DNA of 64,000 nucleotides from Malacoraja senta. Lineage: Eukaryota. The translations under genes were made by a program, and so were the position numbers. This document shows, one piece after another, positions 24,972 through 37,092 of the stretch. The notes beneath the pieces are model-generated. The model saw only the letters and a program-made list of their open reading frames with translations, ran no database searches and was not told where the DNA came from. Where the stretch lies: NCBI GenBank assembly GCA_038087875.1, contig CM075983.1, positions 20,150,001 to 20,214,000 on the forward strand. The letters are read 5' to 3'. Numbering within the stretch: the stretch's first letter is position 1; every line of letters begins with the position of its first letter.

Positions 24972-25277
24972 AAGCTCTGTCCCACTGTACGAGTTCATCC
25001 AAGTGCTCTCCCGAGTCAAACTCGTGGTAAGCACGTAGAATGAACGTAGCGGGTACGTCGGAGCTCGGGGACGTCTCTTAGCGGCTCGTAACGCTAACGG
25101 CAGGTACTCGGGAAACGTGGTAAGCTCGGGAATACTCGTAAAGGTTTTTCGACATGTTGAAAAATGTCCACGAGAACCCCGAGTACTTACGAGCGTCCAT
25201 TACCGTAGAGCTACGAGTTTGAATCAGGGCAAACTCGGGAGAACTCTTGAATGAACTCGTACAATGGGACAGGGCTT
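24972..25277. mobile_element. Harbinger-type MITE, second subfamily
   Basis: TIRs AAGCTCTGTCCCACTGTACGAGTTCATC / GAACTCGTACAATGGGACAGGGCTT. Has the internal ACATGTTGAAAA motif also seen in the 7461 element. Confidence 0.75.
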
Positions 25278-28200
25278 TTAGTAATAGAGCTACAACTTCA
25301 TGAAGACCTAGACTTGAGAATATCAGGCACAATTAAACATGGTACAAATCTGGGAATGGAAACAACAGGAGGATAGAAATAGATTTAAGGAGGGCAGGAA
25401 CAGTCTGTTGCAAATGTAAAGATCTGCGATAGATTAATTTAAAAAGTGCTGGAGGAGAGATCATAGAATCATAGGTAGTAGAAGGAGATTCAGTGGTAAC
25501 TTTCAAAGGGATTTGGACGTACACGTAGGATAACATATATAATATGTAGAAAAGTAATAAGGAAATGCAACTGTTGGATCGTTCTACCAATAATTTGGCA
25601 ATGAACCAAATCGTCTTCATCTGTTTTGCATAATAATATAATGCTGTGATTCTAGAATTTATGATCACATAGTTTAACTGTGATAATAGCAGCTATGTTT
25701 GAAATTAAGATCTTACTGATTAAAGATCACATCAGCAATATCCCAACTTAACATTTGATCTTTCCTGATATTCACGTAATGTAATTGCATCCATGTGATG
25801 CTGTACATCTCAGGTATAAGATGACCTCTGTGGCTAGCTCCTCCTGTGTGTTCAGAGCCACTCTCTGACAGCAACAGTATATTCAGAGCTGTACAGCTAG
25901 TATGGGATGGCCAAAATAATCAACTTTGAAAAATAAACCCAGCAAAATGTGACAAATTTATGGGTCATAAGTCAGCACAAGAAGAATGATCACCAGTCAG
26001 TTGACTGTGACACAATACCAAAGCCACTGAAAAATGTCACTGCCCTTAAGATTTATATCACAGGCACTTTGCAACAACTCGTAGGAATCAGCCACTTCAC
26101 TGTAATGCTCCATTAAAGAAGCAATTAAAAATGTAATATTGCAATTCACATAACAGCACATACTTAAACTCTGAACAACAGGAACGACAAATGTGGTGAA
26201 AATTTTCCCCATCTTCAGCTTTGTGATTGTGCATCACTAGTGGTATTCGTGAGCATACTGTATATTTGTATTCCCAATGGCAGCACTACCACAAACCTAT
26301 TTATTAAAGGGTATTATGAAGTGGCTCTCAATCACCAGAAAACCTTCTACATCAACACATGCTTTCCAGGGTGATGAATAATGTTTTCATTCTGATGCCA
26401 ACAAATGAGGCAGAACTCATCAGCAGAGGAAATGATAGATGGCTGCCTGCTTGCTGATATAGGTTGTGCGATGCAATCAAGACTGATAACACCCTTCTGT
26501 AACCCTTTTATAGTGCAAATGTGTTATTTGTTTCAAATGAATAGATTAGACTACTAGTTTTCCCTGATTCTTTTAAAAAAATAAAAATCTGGTTAAATTT
26601 CATATACGTAAAGCTATCTTTGTGAGAAGAGAGCAGATGAAACACTGAGTAAAAAGATAATGGAAATATTTTAAATCCCTTGATAACTGTTTCAGAGTTA
26701 CTGAGGAATGATTATTGGAGATTCAAAACACAAAGTGCCGGAGGAACTCAGCGGGTCAGGCAACAACTGGGATGGGAATGGACAGGTGACAATATTGAAG
26801 ATGCATTGTGATTGTTTGATAATGCAGGCAACATTTGTTCATGCAGGAGTCAACGACTTTAATTTACTGCTTTTTGTGTTTACAATTCCAGCCAAAGGAA
26901 AAGAGGCAGGCTTATCAGATTTTTCATGGAGTTTTAGACACGAGATTCATTTATAAAAGAGCTATCAATGTCAGCTCCTTGAGTGAATGTTCTCTGATAA
27001 TTAATTTGTCCTGAAGTGACCTTCCGATGGGGCAGTAGATGAGATTTACAGTGATTGATGGAGGAGCTGATGATCATGTCATTGAGCCTATATATTGGAA
27101 CTGAGGCATGTTCATCACCCTTCACTGCAGCATTGTAAACTAAACCGGAAGGAACCCATTGAAAACAGCTGACTCTTTTATTGCAGAACTGGCCATATTG
27201 TTGAATGGAAATCATTTTGACTTTGTGAACAGAGATTCCTTTTGCCTGAAATTCTAATCTCTTTTATTTACTTCCAGCTTAGTTCGAATTATTTGCATCC
27301 AGTTTGGTTCAGAGTTGCTTGTAGAGCCGCACCAGATATCCTGATTTGATCTTGATTCGGGTGCTGCCTGTGTGGAGTTTGCATTTTCTCCCTCTGACCA
27401 CATAGGTTTCCTCTGGTGCTATGGTATCCTCCCGCATCCCAAAGGTGTGTTGGTTTTGTAGTTGAATTGCCCTCTGTAAATTGGCTCATTTGTGTAGGTG
27501 CGAAAGTTGGAGAAAGTGTAAATTGGCTCATTGTGTAGGTGCGAAAGATGGAGAAAGATAGAACTAGAGTAAATGGATCAATATCCAGTGTAGACTCAGT
27601 GGACTGTACCTTTAAATACAATTATTTCAATTCAATTGGGACAGGCCATAGAAGAGACAGTAACGTTGACTGGAACATCCTACCCCTTCTTTATCCGTGG
27701 AATTTTCTTGAATAATCCCTTTTGTGGATGTGGGCCTTTGAGGCTGACAAAGTACAGATACCTCACAGATCTCACCAGTGAAGGACATTTCAGATTTCTG
27801 CAATAATGCATGTTGGATGTGGGGAATAAATTAATTTGGTAAAGGGGAAGGGATTATGAGAAAGTGGCTGATCAGAGGAGATAAAGTTTGGGTGCTTCAG
27901 TAAGGGCAAACCAGGGGGAGGGTTCATCAAACATTTTTGGGATTCCATTTAATACAGGATTTTCATTCATATTCCACATTCAGATCAATGTTTTTCTTTA
28001 TGTCGCCTATTATTATTAGTTGTCCCTGTTAGGATTTTTTTGCTGGAAACTACTTTAACCACTTTGAGGGCAGCTATCTTGGAACTAGCTGGATCAATTC
28101 ATCTCTGCATAATTCGTCTTCAAACAGTTATTGGGCTCCACATTGCACATGCCTCAGGACTAATAAATAGTTCAGACCTGAACTGTGTACACCCTTTTCT

Positions 28201-30329
28201 GCACACTTGGTTATATAATGCATCCATGCACCACCGTACAGAATGCTTTGGTACCCATATATCTGAGTAATGAGTCGAATGAGGGCAATATCTAATAAGT
28301 CACAGATGGACAGCAAACTATTGAATCGGCATAATGTATGAAGCATGAATCGACTAATGAATTATGTCTCAAGATTCTCCTTTTCAAATGTTATCATTCA
28401 CCAAAGGAGGTCAACCTCGCAGCAAAGATTCACACATGGTGCCATGAAAATAAAAGTGAAACACATGAAGCGCAATAAAACACTTTTAGACAGATTTTCT
28501 TTCTGCCGATTTATTGCTAGCCTTGTATGAATGTCAGTGCGTGACACAAGGTAATGCATAATCCGAGTTTTTAAAATATTTTGTCTCCATGTCTGAGGCA
28601 ATTGTGATTCCAGATGTGGTTCGAGTTCATGTCCCATGGATTCTCATACAGTTCTTTCAGCTTCAATGTAGACATGCTGTAGTTTGCTTTGAAGTGCTAT
28701 TGTTTTCAATTTGACGTATAAGTACTGTAAACCTTCATTATTACGGACCACAGGGGGGATGGTGTCCATTATCAAATTCATAAGTTCATAAGAGATAGGA
28801 GCATATTAGGCCATTCGGCCCATCAAGTTTACTCTGCCATTCAACCATGGCTGATGTATCTTTCCCTCTTAACCCTCTCAACCTCCTGCCTACTCTTCCT
28901 AGCCCCTGACACCTGTACTAAAGAATCCATCTATCTCCACCTTAAAAATATCCATTGACTAGGCCTCCACAACCTTCGGTGGGAATTAATTCCATTGCCG
29001 ATTGTGGGCTATAACCGACTCAGGGATTATCATTTCTCAAGCAGTAGAAACAAACAACTGCAGTTGCTAGTTAATACACAAAAGAACACAAATTGCTGGA
29101 GAAACTCAGCAGATCAGGCTGTCGTGTGACCCAAAGTAAACTGGCTCTGAGATCCCACCATGCAGAGACAAATGCTCATTTAGAAAACTTTGTGGTGGGC
29201 TGCATAGATTGAAACTTTGAGTACTCTTCCCCTCCTGTTGGCTTACTCTACAGATCAGGGGAAATACTAAATTCTGGCATGACGAGTGCGTCAATGATGT
29301 GATGGGAGTTATAAGTAGTTTCTTTCGCCTAGATATCAGCAAGTTCTAGGTGAGCAACAGCATGTTTGTATCACGTGTGATGACATATTGAGGGAACAGG
29401 CTTAGCAATGATCTCAGCAGATCTGCGTCAGCTCTGACTGGTTTATTGAGTCAGAGAACAACTATTTCCATATGTAAAAGGATAAGGGCCAAATGTGGGC
29501 AGGTGGGACAGGGTACACAACAAAATTAACAAGTTTGCACTCCCTACCACTAAAAAGTATCCCTCCTGCTCCATTTTCATGTTTAAAGTGTAGGCAAATC
29601 TGGCTTCAGGAATTCTATTACACTTTGTTTTGCTTCTAGCTTTATCCAACATCATCCCTATCAACAACAATCTTGCTCTCCACCCTCCAGCCTCTCTGTA
29701 GTGTCAGTGAGATGTCCTAGATTGGATTATACAGAGCTTGTCTGCCTCCCCTACTAGCCCTCCCCCCTTCTCCTCCTTCACCGTGTAGTTGAATTGTCCC
29801 TGCTCCCTGCACGGGATCAGAGCTACTACCTGAAAGTAGGCAGAAGTCATCACCCTCCCAGTGCAGGGCTGACTGACTCTGGGGATCAGTTCCTGAAACA
29901 TGCAGCCTACTTGAACTAGATCCAAAATCAACATATTATGAGCCTGGATCAACATTTCCTGTCTGCATATGGTTGAGAAACAAAGCAAAATAAATTCTGG
30001 GAGCATGTTATTTTTAAATATTTTATTGTTCTTCTACTTTCTCTTGGCATGTTTGACATATAGTGGGAAGCAAGTCACAACATGTAGAGCACAGGAAAAC
30101 TCTTGTCTTAATACAGCAACATTTAATGAGCGGTGTGGAGCAGAGCCTGGGAAATATTTCATATCCATGCAGATGTGGCCAGTTCCATTGGAGGAACCAA
30201 GGCTTTCAACTGAATGTATTTCATGGAAGAGTATTTAGCGAATGTTTCTGGTGGAGGAGTTGGGGAAGAATTTGTGCTTGTTATGTTGGCACTGCATCAG
30301 CTTAAATGTTTCCATATTTTAATAGGTCT

Positions 30330-31700
30330 GAGCTATTAACATGTCCCAGCTAAAGGCCAAAACGATTTTCCATTCTCCACCTTTTTGAATAATGCTGTTA
30401 ATTAGGCCACACTGGAACCTGCCTCCACCACATCCGTGGACAGCGCATTCCAGATTCCAGCCACATGCTGCCGAAAGGAAAATAAGTTTCCTCGTGTCAC
30501 TCTTAATCACATAGGATTTCGCCATGGGGTCCACGTTCACTCCACCAGTCCAGGTTCATTGTTCAGGCTGAAGCATTAATCTGACGTTGGACAGTTTATT
30601 GGGTGTGTCCAAAACAGTGGAAGGGCCTCATAAAATAAAACAGCCGCCATGCCCAACATCAGAAGGTTAAAATGATCATTAGCTATTAGAGTCAAGCCTC
30701 TGAATCGTTTACTACAATTGTTAAATATTAGCAGTTTTTAACAAACCAAATTAAACTATTAAAATAATGTATAAAATAAATCTGAAACACAAACTGATAA
30801 AAAAAATCAACATTCCGTGTACACACTGAAAGACTAATATGAATCACTGATGTGAAGCCGATAAAGAAATAATAGTCCAAATAATAGTCCAAATGATGGT
30901 GAAATTCCTAGTGTTTGCTGTCAATATTAGATGAAATTTAAGCAGTTTTTTTTGCATTTTTCTGCCTCCTAGTTTAATGCAGAATTCGGTAACAGTGATT
31001 CAAGGTACAGGTTGGTCTGTTTGCATCTTCACTACAGTGATCAAGGGAAGTCATAGGAAAATAGTTGCACAGATGGAGGATGGTTGGCCCATTGTTCTCT
31101 GCAGGAGAACATCTCAGCTTCCACACCCAGGTCCCGTGTCCATATCATTGTAGATGTTTCCTTACTCCATATATCCAGTCCCCTCACGAGAGCTATAGTG
31201 GATTTTGCCTTCACGACATCTACAGGCAGTGCACTCCACATTCCTGTTACATCTGCAGGATTAAAAAAGGATTTTCCTCATGTCATTACTAATTCTTTTC
31301 CAATGTAGTTTGCATCTGTGGTCTCTGGTCCACCGACAGCAAATGTGTGCTACAATTCATTCTGTCCATACCTTTCATCATTTTATACTATACCATCAGA
31401 TCTTCCCTCGGTCTTCTCTTATCCAAAACAAAACAATTCCTGCCTTGAATCTTTTAACTGTAGTTCCTCATGCTAGAACCATTCTTGTAAATCTCCTCTG
31501 GTTCCTCTCCAGTGCCTTTATTCCTTTCTATAAAGAGGCAACCCGAATGGAACAGAAATCTTCAGCTGTAGCTGGACCAGTGTTGTACTGTATAAAGGTT
31601 AAGCCTGACATTCCTGCTTCTTTACTCTATGAACCTGTTGATAAAGCCCAGAATTATATACACCCTTTTTAACCTTTTAGCGGCACGGTCACGGCAAATC
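30330..31700 (-). mobile_element. Old CR1-like LINE fragments
   Basis: Degenerate 3'-end motifs (WSALPVDVVKAKSTIA; plus-strand ...CCACATCCGTGGACAGCGCATTCCAG). Boundaries are approximate. Confidence 0.5.
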
Positions 31701-32321
31701 AATTGCCTTAGTTATGATTATTAATCCTGTCCAAGATCAATGTTTCTCAAAGCTTTCCCACCTCTGACTGGCCTCTGTTGCCAGCCTTAGCCTTGCTCAC
31801 TTTTTTGAACGAAGGAAGTAACATTTGCCATGCTCAAATTGGCTGGCACCATCCTCTATCCAAAGAACAAAGAAAGATTGTTTTCATTGCCCCCATGATT
31901 TCCTCTTGTACTTACCTGAAATCTTCACCTGCATCTCATCCCGGCATTTTGGGCTATTTTAATTGTAAACTTTTCCAATAGCTCAAACTATTTTTTTTTA
32001 ATGAGGCTAGTGTTGCAAGAATCCCCTCCCTCACTATTACTTTGGAAGCACCCTCTTCCCTAGTGAAGACTAATGCAAAGCAATCATTTTATACCATAAC
32101 AGTATCCTCCGCATCCAGGTGCAAATTCCTATTGTCTTCAATAGGCCCCATTCATCCATGTACACCGTTAAATGTCAAATGCACACTTTCCGATTCTTTT
32201 TTATGTTGGCAGTTATGTACTGTTTCAACCTCTCTTATTTTAGGTTTCACTTTCCTTTTTTTTGCTTTCAGTTTGATTTTCACTGATATTTACAACCCAT
32301 AAACAACCTTTTTTGAAGTAT

Positions 32322-32513
32322 GACACTAAATGCTGGACCAGCTCAGCGGGCCAGGCAGCATCTCTTGAGAAAAATAATAGGTGACCCTTCCTCAGACTTC
32401 CACCTGAAACGTCAGCAACCCTTTTTCTTCAGAGATGCTGCCTGACCCCCTGAGTTACTCCAGGACTTAGTGTCTATCTTCAGTATAAACCAGCATCTAC
32501 GGTTCCTTCCTAC
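32322..32513. mobile_element. Palindromic mini-PLE (older subfamily, centre deleted)
   Basis: Inverted arms plus a right-hand tail. TSD CCTTTTTTGAAGTAT at 32307-32321 and 32514-32528. Confidence 0.8.
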
Positions 32514-32656
32514 CCTTTTTTGAAGTATCTTTCTCTATCTCTTTTGCAATTCATTGAGTTCTGGATTCCTTTGTTGTTCCTTTATTCTTTATGGGAATCT
32601 CCCCCAATTTACTTGAAATATCTCTTCCGTCAAGACTGATCATTGTTCTGTTACAG

Positions 32657-32866
32657 AAGGAACTGCAGATGCTGGAAAATCGAAGGTAGACAAAAGTGCT
32701 GGAGAAACTCAGCGGGTGCAGCAGCATCTATGGAACGAAGGAAATAGGCAACGTTTCAGGCCGAAACCTTCAGTCTGAAGAAGGGTTTCAGCCCGAAACG
32801 TTGCCTATTTCCTTCGCTCCATAGATGCTGCTGCATCCGCTGAGTTTCTCCAGCACTTTTGTCTAC
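32657..32866. mobile_element. Palindromic mini-PLE with an intact plus-strand hammerhead core at 32775-32802
   Basis: CTGAAGA-A-GGGT(TTCA)GCCC-GAAA-CGTT. 16-bp TSD CATTGTTCTGTTACAG at 32641-32656 and 32867-32882. Tail on the left. Confidence 0.85.
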
Positions 32867-33315
32867 CATTGTTCTGTTACAGTTCAATCGACTTTTACTT
32901 CCTCCACTTCATTATTTTTAGTCTGGATTGCTCCATCACTTTTCAAGAGCTGACCAACATCTTATGATGTTATCATCACTATCACTTTAATGTTCCCTAC
33001 CAAAACATGGTGCACTTAACCCATCCTATTCTATAAACCAGATTCAGCATTAACTTCTTCCTTGGAAGGGAAGCAGACTGTTTTAGGATATTGTCCTGGA
33101 AAATGTTTAGATGCTCTTCAGCCTCTCTATCCTTAGGACTATTAGCATCTCAGTTTACATTGGCATGATTAAATCCTTCCAGAATAATGAGTGTACAGTT
33201 TTCACACTTATCTGCAAGAATAATTAATCTACCCGCATAGTTGCCTCCTCTATATCTGTTCCAATTGTTGGTAGCCATTGGAATACACCAAACAATGTAA
33301 TGTTCTGTACCTGTT

Positions 33316-33444
33316 TAAGAAGGAACTGCAGATGCTGGAAAATCGAAGGTAGACAAAAGTGCTGGGGAAACTCAGCGGGTGCAGCAGCATCTATGGAGCG
33401 AAGGAAATAGGCAACGTTTCGGGCCGAAACCCTTCTTCAGACTG
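33316..33444 (-). mobile_element. Mini-PLE single arm with intact hammerhead core
   Basis: Minus strand reads TCAGT-CTGAAGA-A-GGGT(TTCG)GCCC-GAAA-CGTT. Flanking near-duplication AATGTTCTGTA(C/T)CTGTT. Confidence 0.8.
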
Positions 33445-33546
33445 ATAAAGGGACATGGAGAACCAATGTTCTGTATCTGTTAGTTCAACTAAATACATGT
33501 TATCTATGGCTGTTCTGTTCCATCCTCTGGCTCCAGCATTATAATA

Positions 33547-33947
33547 TAGGTCCACCACTGGTTTTCTGGCAACTGGTGGTACGGCACCACTTTTAATACG
33601 GAACAAATTACAAAAAAGCACTTGAAAGTCCGGCCCGGATGTCTCCCTACCTAGGCCGGGTGAGGCAGTCGATATCGACCTCATTTGGGACTTCCATGGC
33701 CAATCGGCGGGTGAAATTTGTTCCCTGTGGCCGAGGCTGTGGAACTCCGGCCCGGCCGGAGCCGGTAGGTCGGTTCCCATAGCTTTGTGGGCTGATGTAT
33801 CTCGGCTCTTCGGCTGCCGACACAGACTGCTCCAGTACCGTTGGACTTCTCTCGGAGGCTGTGACCTCTGTTGCTCCGGCAAAACAGGTCCGGAAAATCC
33901 TGTAAGGCTCTGGAACCACGGATGCCGGAAAATTGGTGGTGGACCTG
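33547..33947. mobile_element. Tigger/pogo-like MITE, copy 2
   Basis: TA|TAGGTCCACCACTGGTTTTCTGGCA ... TGCCGGAAAATTGGTGGTGGACCTG|TA. Confidence 0.85.
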
Positions 33948-34826
33948 TATTTGTATTTTCATCTTATAAATACAATGTATTTAGTTTTGTGTATGTTATG
34001 AAAATATTTTAATGTGTGTAGCTATTCAACCAGTTTGAATACGTCACAGCTATTGGACATTTATGATTGAATGAAACTGATGCCTGACGACCACAGACTT
34101 GCAAGTGCAATATTCTCACCTCAGAATTTTGTGGAGTTTATCTTTGAGATCAGTATAGAGTGTGTTATTTTGCTATTTAGTTCAAATTTTGGTCCTTTAT
34201 AAAGAATGGATCATGGATCATTGAAATCAAAATGGCAAGCCTATCCAATGCATATCAAGTGGTGGAATGTCCTTGTACACTTTACAGGAACATTATGAAG
34301 CAAAATTTGACATATTGACTTATGACATATTATGCCAGGTGATCAAAAAGTTGAGTAGCTTTTAAGAAGCATTTCAAAGGAGGAGCATATCATTTATTCG
34401 GAAGTGTATTGAGATAAGTAATGTGTATACTGTATATATCCAGAGATAGTGGCTTATTTGCAAGGGAGCACACTGTAATTATTTATTTGTGAATCTGTAA
34501 GCAGCTTTTGCTTATGTTCCAGACTGTCGGCGACAGTGGTACATTTTTTAGAGCGCACACACCACATTATTCTCAATATTGTTTAATATGATCACAATAT
34601 TGACGTATTTTTGGATATAAAGAGAAAGGTATGTTTAAACATGCAAACTTTTTTTTCTCAGGAAATACAAGCAACCTAAACATGTATGTCTCATTAATCT
34701 GGTCACATGACCAGTTGGCAGAACCCTCATGATGTTGTTTAAAGGTTTTGTACAGTTTGGTTCTGGATTTGAACTCAAAGCAGATTCTGTTTCTTTATCA
34801 GACTTGCTTGGACTTGGTATTTCACT

Positions 34827-35170
34827 TAGTTTAGTTTAGTTTAGTTTAGTTTAGTTTAGTTTAGAGATACAGTGTGGAAACAGGCCCTTCGGCCCACCGA
34901 GTCCGCACAATAACACATCCACACATTAACACAAGCCTGCACACACTAGGGACAATTTACACTTATACCAAGTATCCAAACCCAAGCCAATTAACCTACA
35001 AACCTGTACATCTTTGGAGTGTGGAAATCGAAGATCTCGGAGAAAACCACACAGTCACCGGGAGAACGTACAAACTTCACACAGACAGCACCCGGAGTCG
35101 GGATCGAACATGGGTCTCTGGCGATGCAAGCGATGTAAGGCAGCAGCACTACCCGCTGCGCCACCGTACC
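34827..35170 (-). mobile_element. V-SINE (HE1-like) with (TTAGT)n tail on the plus strand
   Basis: Reverse complement of the 52440 copy. Confidence 0.9.
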
Positions 35171-35327
35171 ACACTGCACCCAACTCTGAAACAATTTTAT
35201 GATAATCATTCACCCTTGGTTTATTTCTACTTGATCATTTGATCTACACAAACTCATCCTATTTTTGTCGCCGATTTGATTTAAATATATCCTGATTCTG
35301 CAACGTCTCAGTTTGGTCTACATATCT

Positions 35328-35460
35328 GGTGTTAAAGAAGGAACTGCAGATGCTCGAAAATCGAAGGTACACAAAAATGCTGGAGAAACTCAGCGGGTGC
35401 AGCAGCATCTATGGAACGAAGGAGATAGGCAACGTTTCGGGCCGAAACCCTTCTTCAGAC
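35328..35460 (-). mobile_element. Mini-PLE single arm with intact hammerhead core
   Basis: Same family; TSD TGGTCTACA(T/C)ATCT on both sides. Confidence 0.8.
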
Positions 35461-36369
35461 TGGTCTACACATCTACTTGTGTGAGCTTGATTTACATGGT
35501 GGTTCAGGAACACAAACACCAGTACTCAGGTCATCTATACGTAGTATGTTCAGTGGGGGACATTAACCCACATGTTTCAGTCTATTTTGAATGATAATTG
35601 TTCGAAGGTGTTATTAGTACTTGTTTCTACTGTAGATACATTTCAACATGGCTAGTTTAGGGACATGACCCAACTCACGGAACTACATGAATTTTTAACA
35701 TATTGTGTAAAAATATTATATAAATCATACCTGAAACTCATCAAGACCAAAACCTGCACATTATTTAAAAAAAAGAGAATAACCGCAAATTTTCCAAGTA
35801 GTAATTGCCCAATCAATGCACGTTTGACATTGAGGTCGGACGTAAATTAACCAATCCCACGTTTGTTTTCTGGTCGCTAGGCAGCGAGGACCCTGGGATC
35901 ATGGCTGCCTCCTCATTACATCAAAACAATAACAAGGTTTCGAAGGAATAAAGATAATGCTCACCTTGCTGATCATTTTGTTTTTCAATTGATTTATCTT
36001 TATAAAGTTATGATGTGAACTGTTAAATAAAAATGAAAAATAACAAATGTAGAGCTAGGGTTAGGATTAGGATTAGTGTCAGTCAGTCGGTCAGTCGGTC
36101 AGTCTGTCGGTCGGGCTTGTTGGTAGGCCGATGGATGCTGTGGAGGATTGGTCGGGCCGGCAGGCTGCTAGTGGGTTGTGAGGGCTGGGCTGGGCCGAAC
36201 CTCCGGTGGGTGGTGAGAGCGGTCGGTCGGGCCGGGCCTCCGGTAGGTGCTGCGAGTGGTCAGACGGCCGGTGGGTGCTGTGAGTGGTCGGTCGGGCCGC
36301 TGGTGTTGCAGCGAGCGAGCGGGCAGACTGATGGAGCCGGCGCTATGGGGGTGCTGAAGGCGCCAGCAC

Positions 36370-37092
36370 AATTACCTGGCTCTCAACACCAGCAAAACCA
36401 AGGAACTGATTGTGGACTTTGGGAGGGGTAGGATAGGGACCCACAAATTCCTGGGCGTGAATATTTCTGAAGATCTTTCCTGGTCCCAGCACACTGATGC
36501 AATTATAAAGAAAGCACATCAGCTCCTCTACTTCCTGAGAAGATTACGGAGAGTCGGTATGTCAAAGAGGGCTCTCTCGAACTTCTACAGGTGCACAGTA
36601 GAGAGCATGCTGACCGGTTGCATCGTGGCTTGGTTCGGCATCTTGAGCGTCCAGGCGCGGAAAAGAATGCGGAAAGTTGTGACCACTGCCCAGTCCATCA
36701 TAGGCTCTGACCTCCCTACCATCGGAGGGATCTATCGCAGTCGCTGCCTCAAAAAGGCTGCCAACATCATCAAGGACCCACACTATCCTGGCCACACACT
36801 CATCTCTCCGCTGCCATCAGGTAGAAGGTATAGGAGCCTGAAATCTGGTACATCCAGGTTCAGGAACAGCTACTTCCCCACAGCCATCAGGCTATTAAAC
36901 TCGCCCTCAAACAAACTCTGAACTATAACAGCCTATTGCACTTTATCTGTTTATTTATGTGTATACAGTATATGGTCTATGCTATATAGACACACTGAAC
37001 TGTTCTGTATTTGTGGCTACAATATTCTGTTGTGCTGCAGCAAGCAAGAAATTCATTGTCCTATCTGGGACACATGACAATAAACTCTCTTG
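36370..37092 (+). mobile_element. Rex1/Babar-type LINE 3' fragment
   Basis: ORF 36412..36921 has KFLGVNISEDLSWSQH, YFLRRL, FYRCTVES and LPSGRRYRS...RFRNSYFPTAIRLLN. The 3' UTR ends GACAATAAAC. Confidence 0.85.

Noticed and set aside
36050-36080. Telomere-like AGGGTTAGGATTAGGATTAG
   Set aside because: Too short and degenerate to call an interstitial telomeric repeat.
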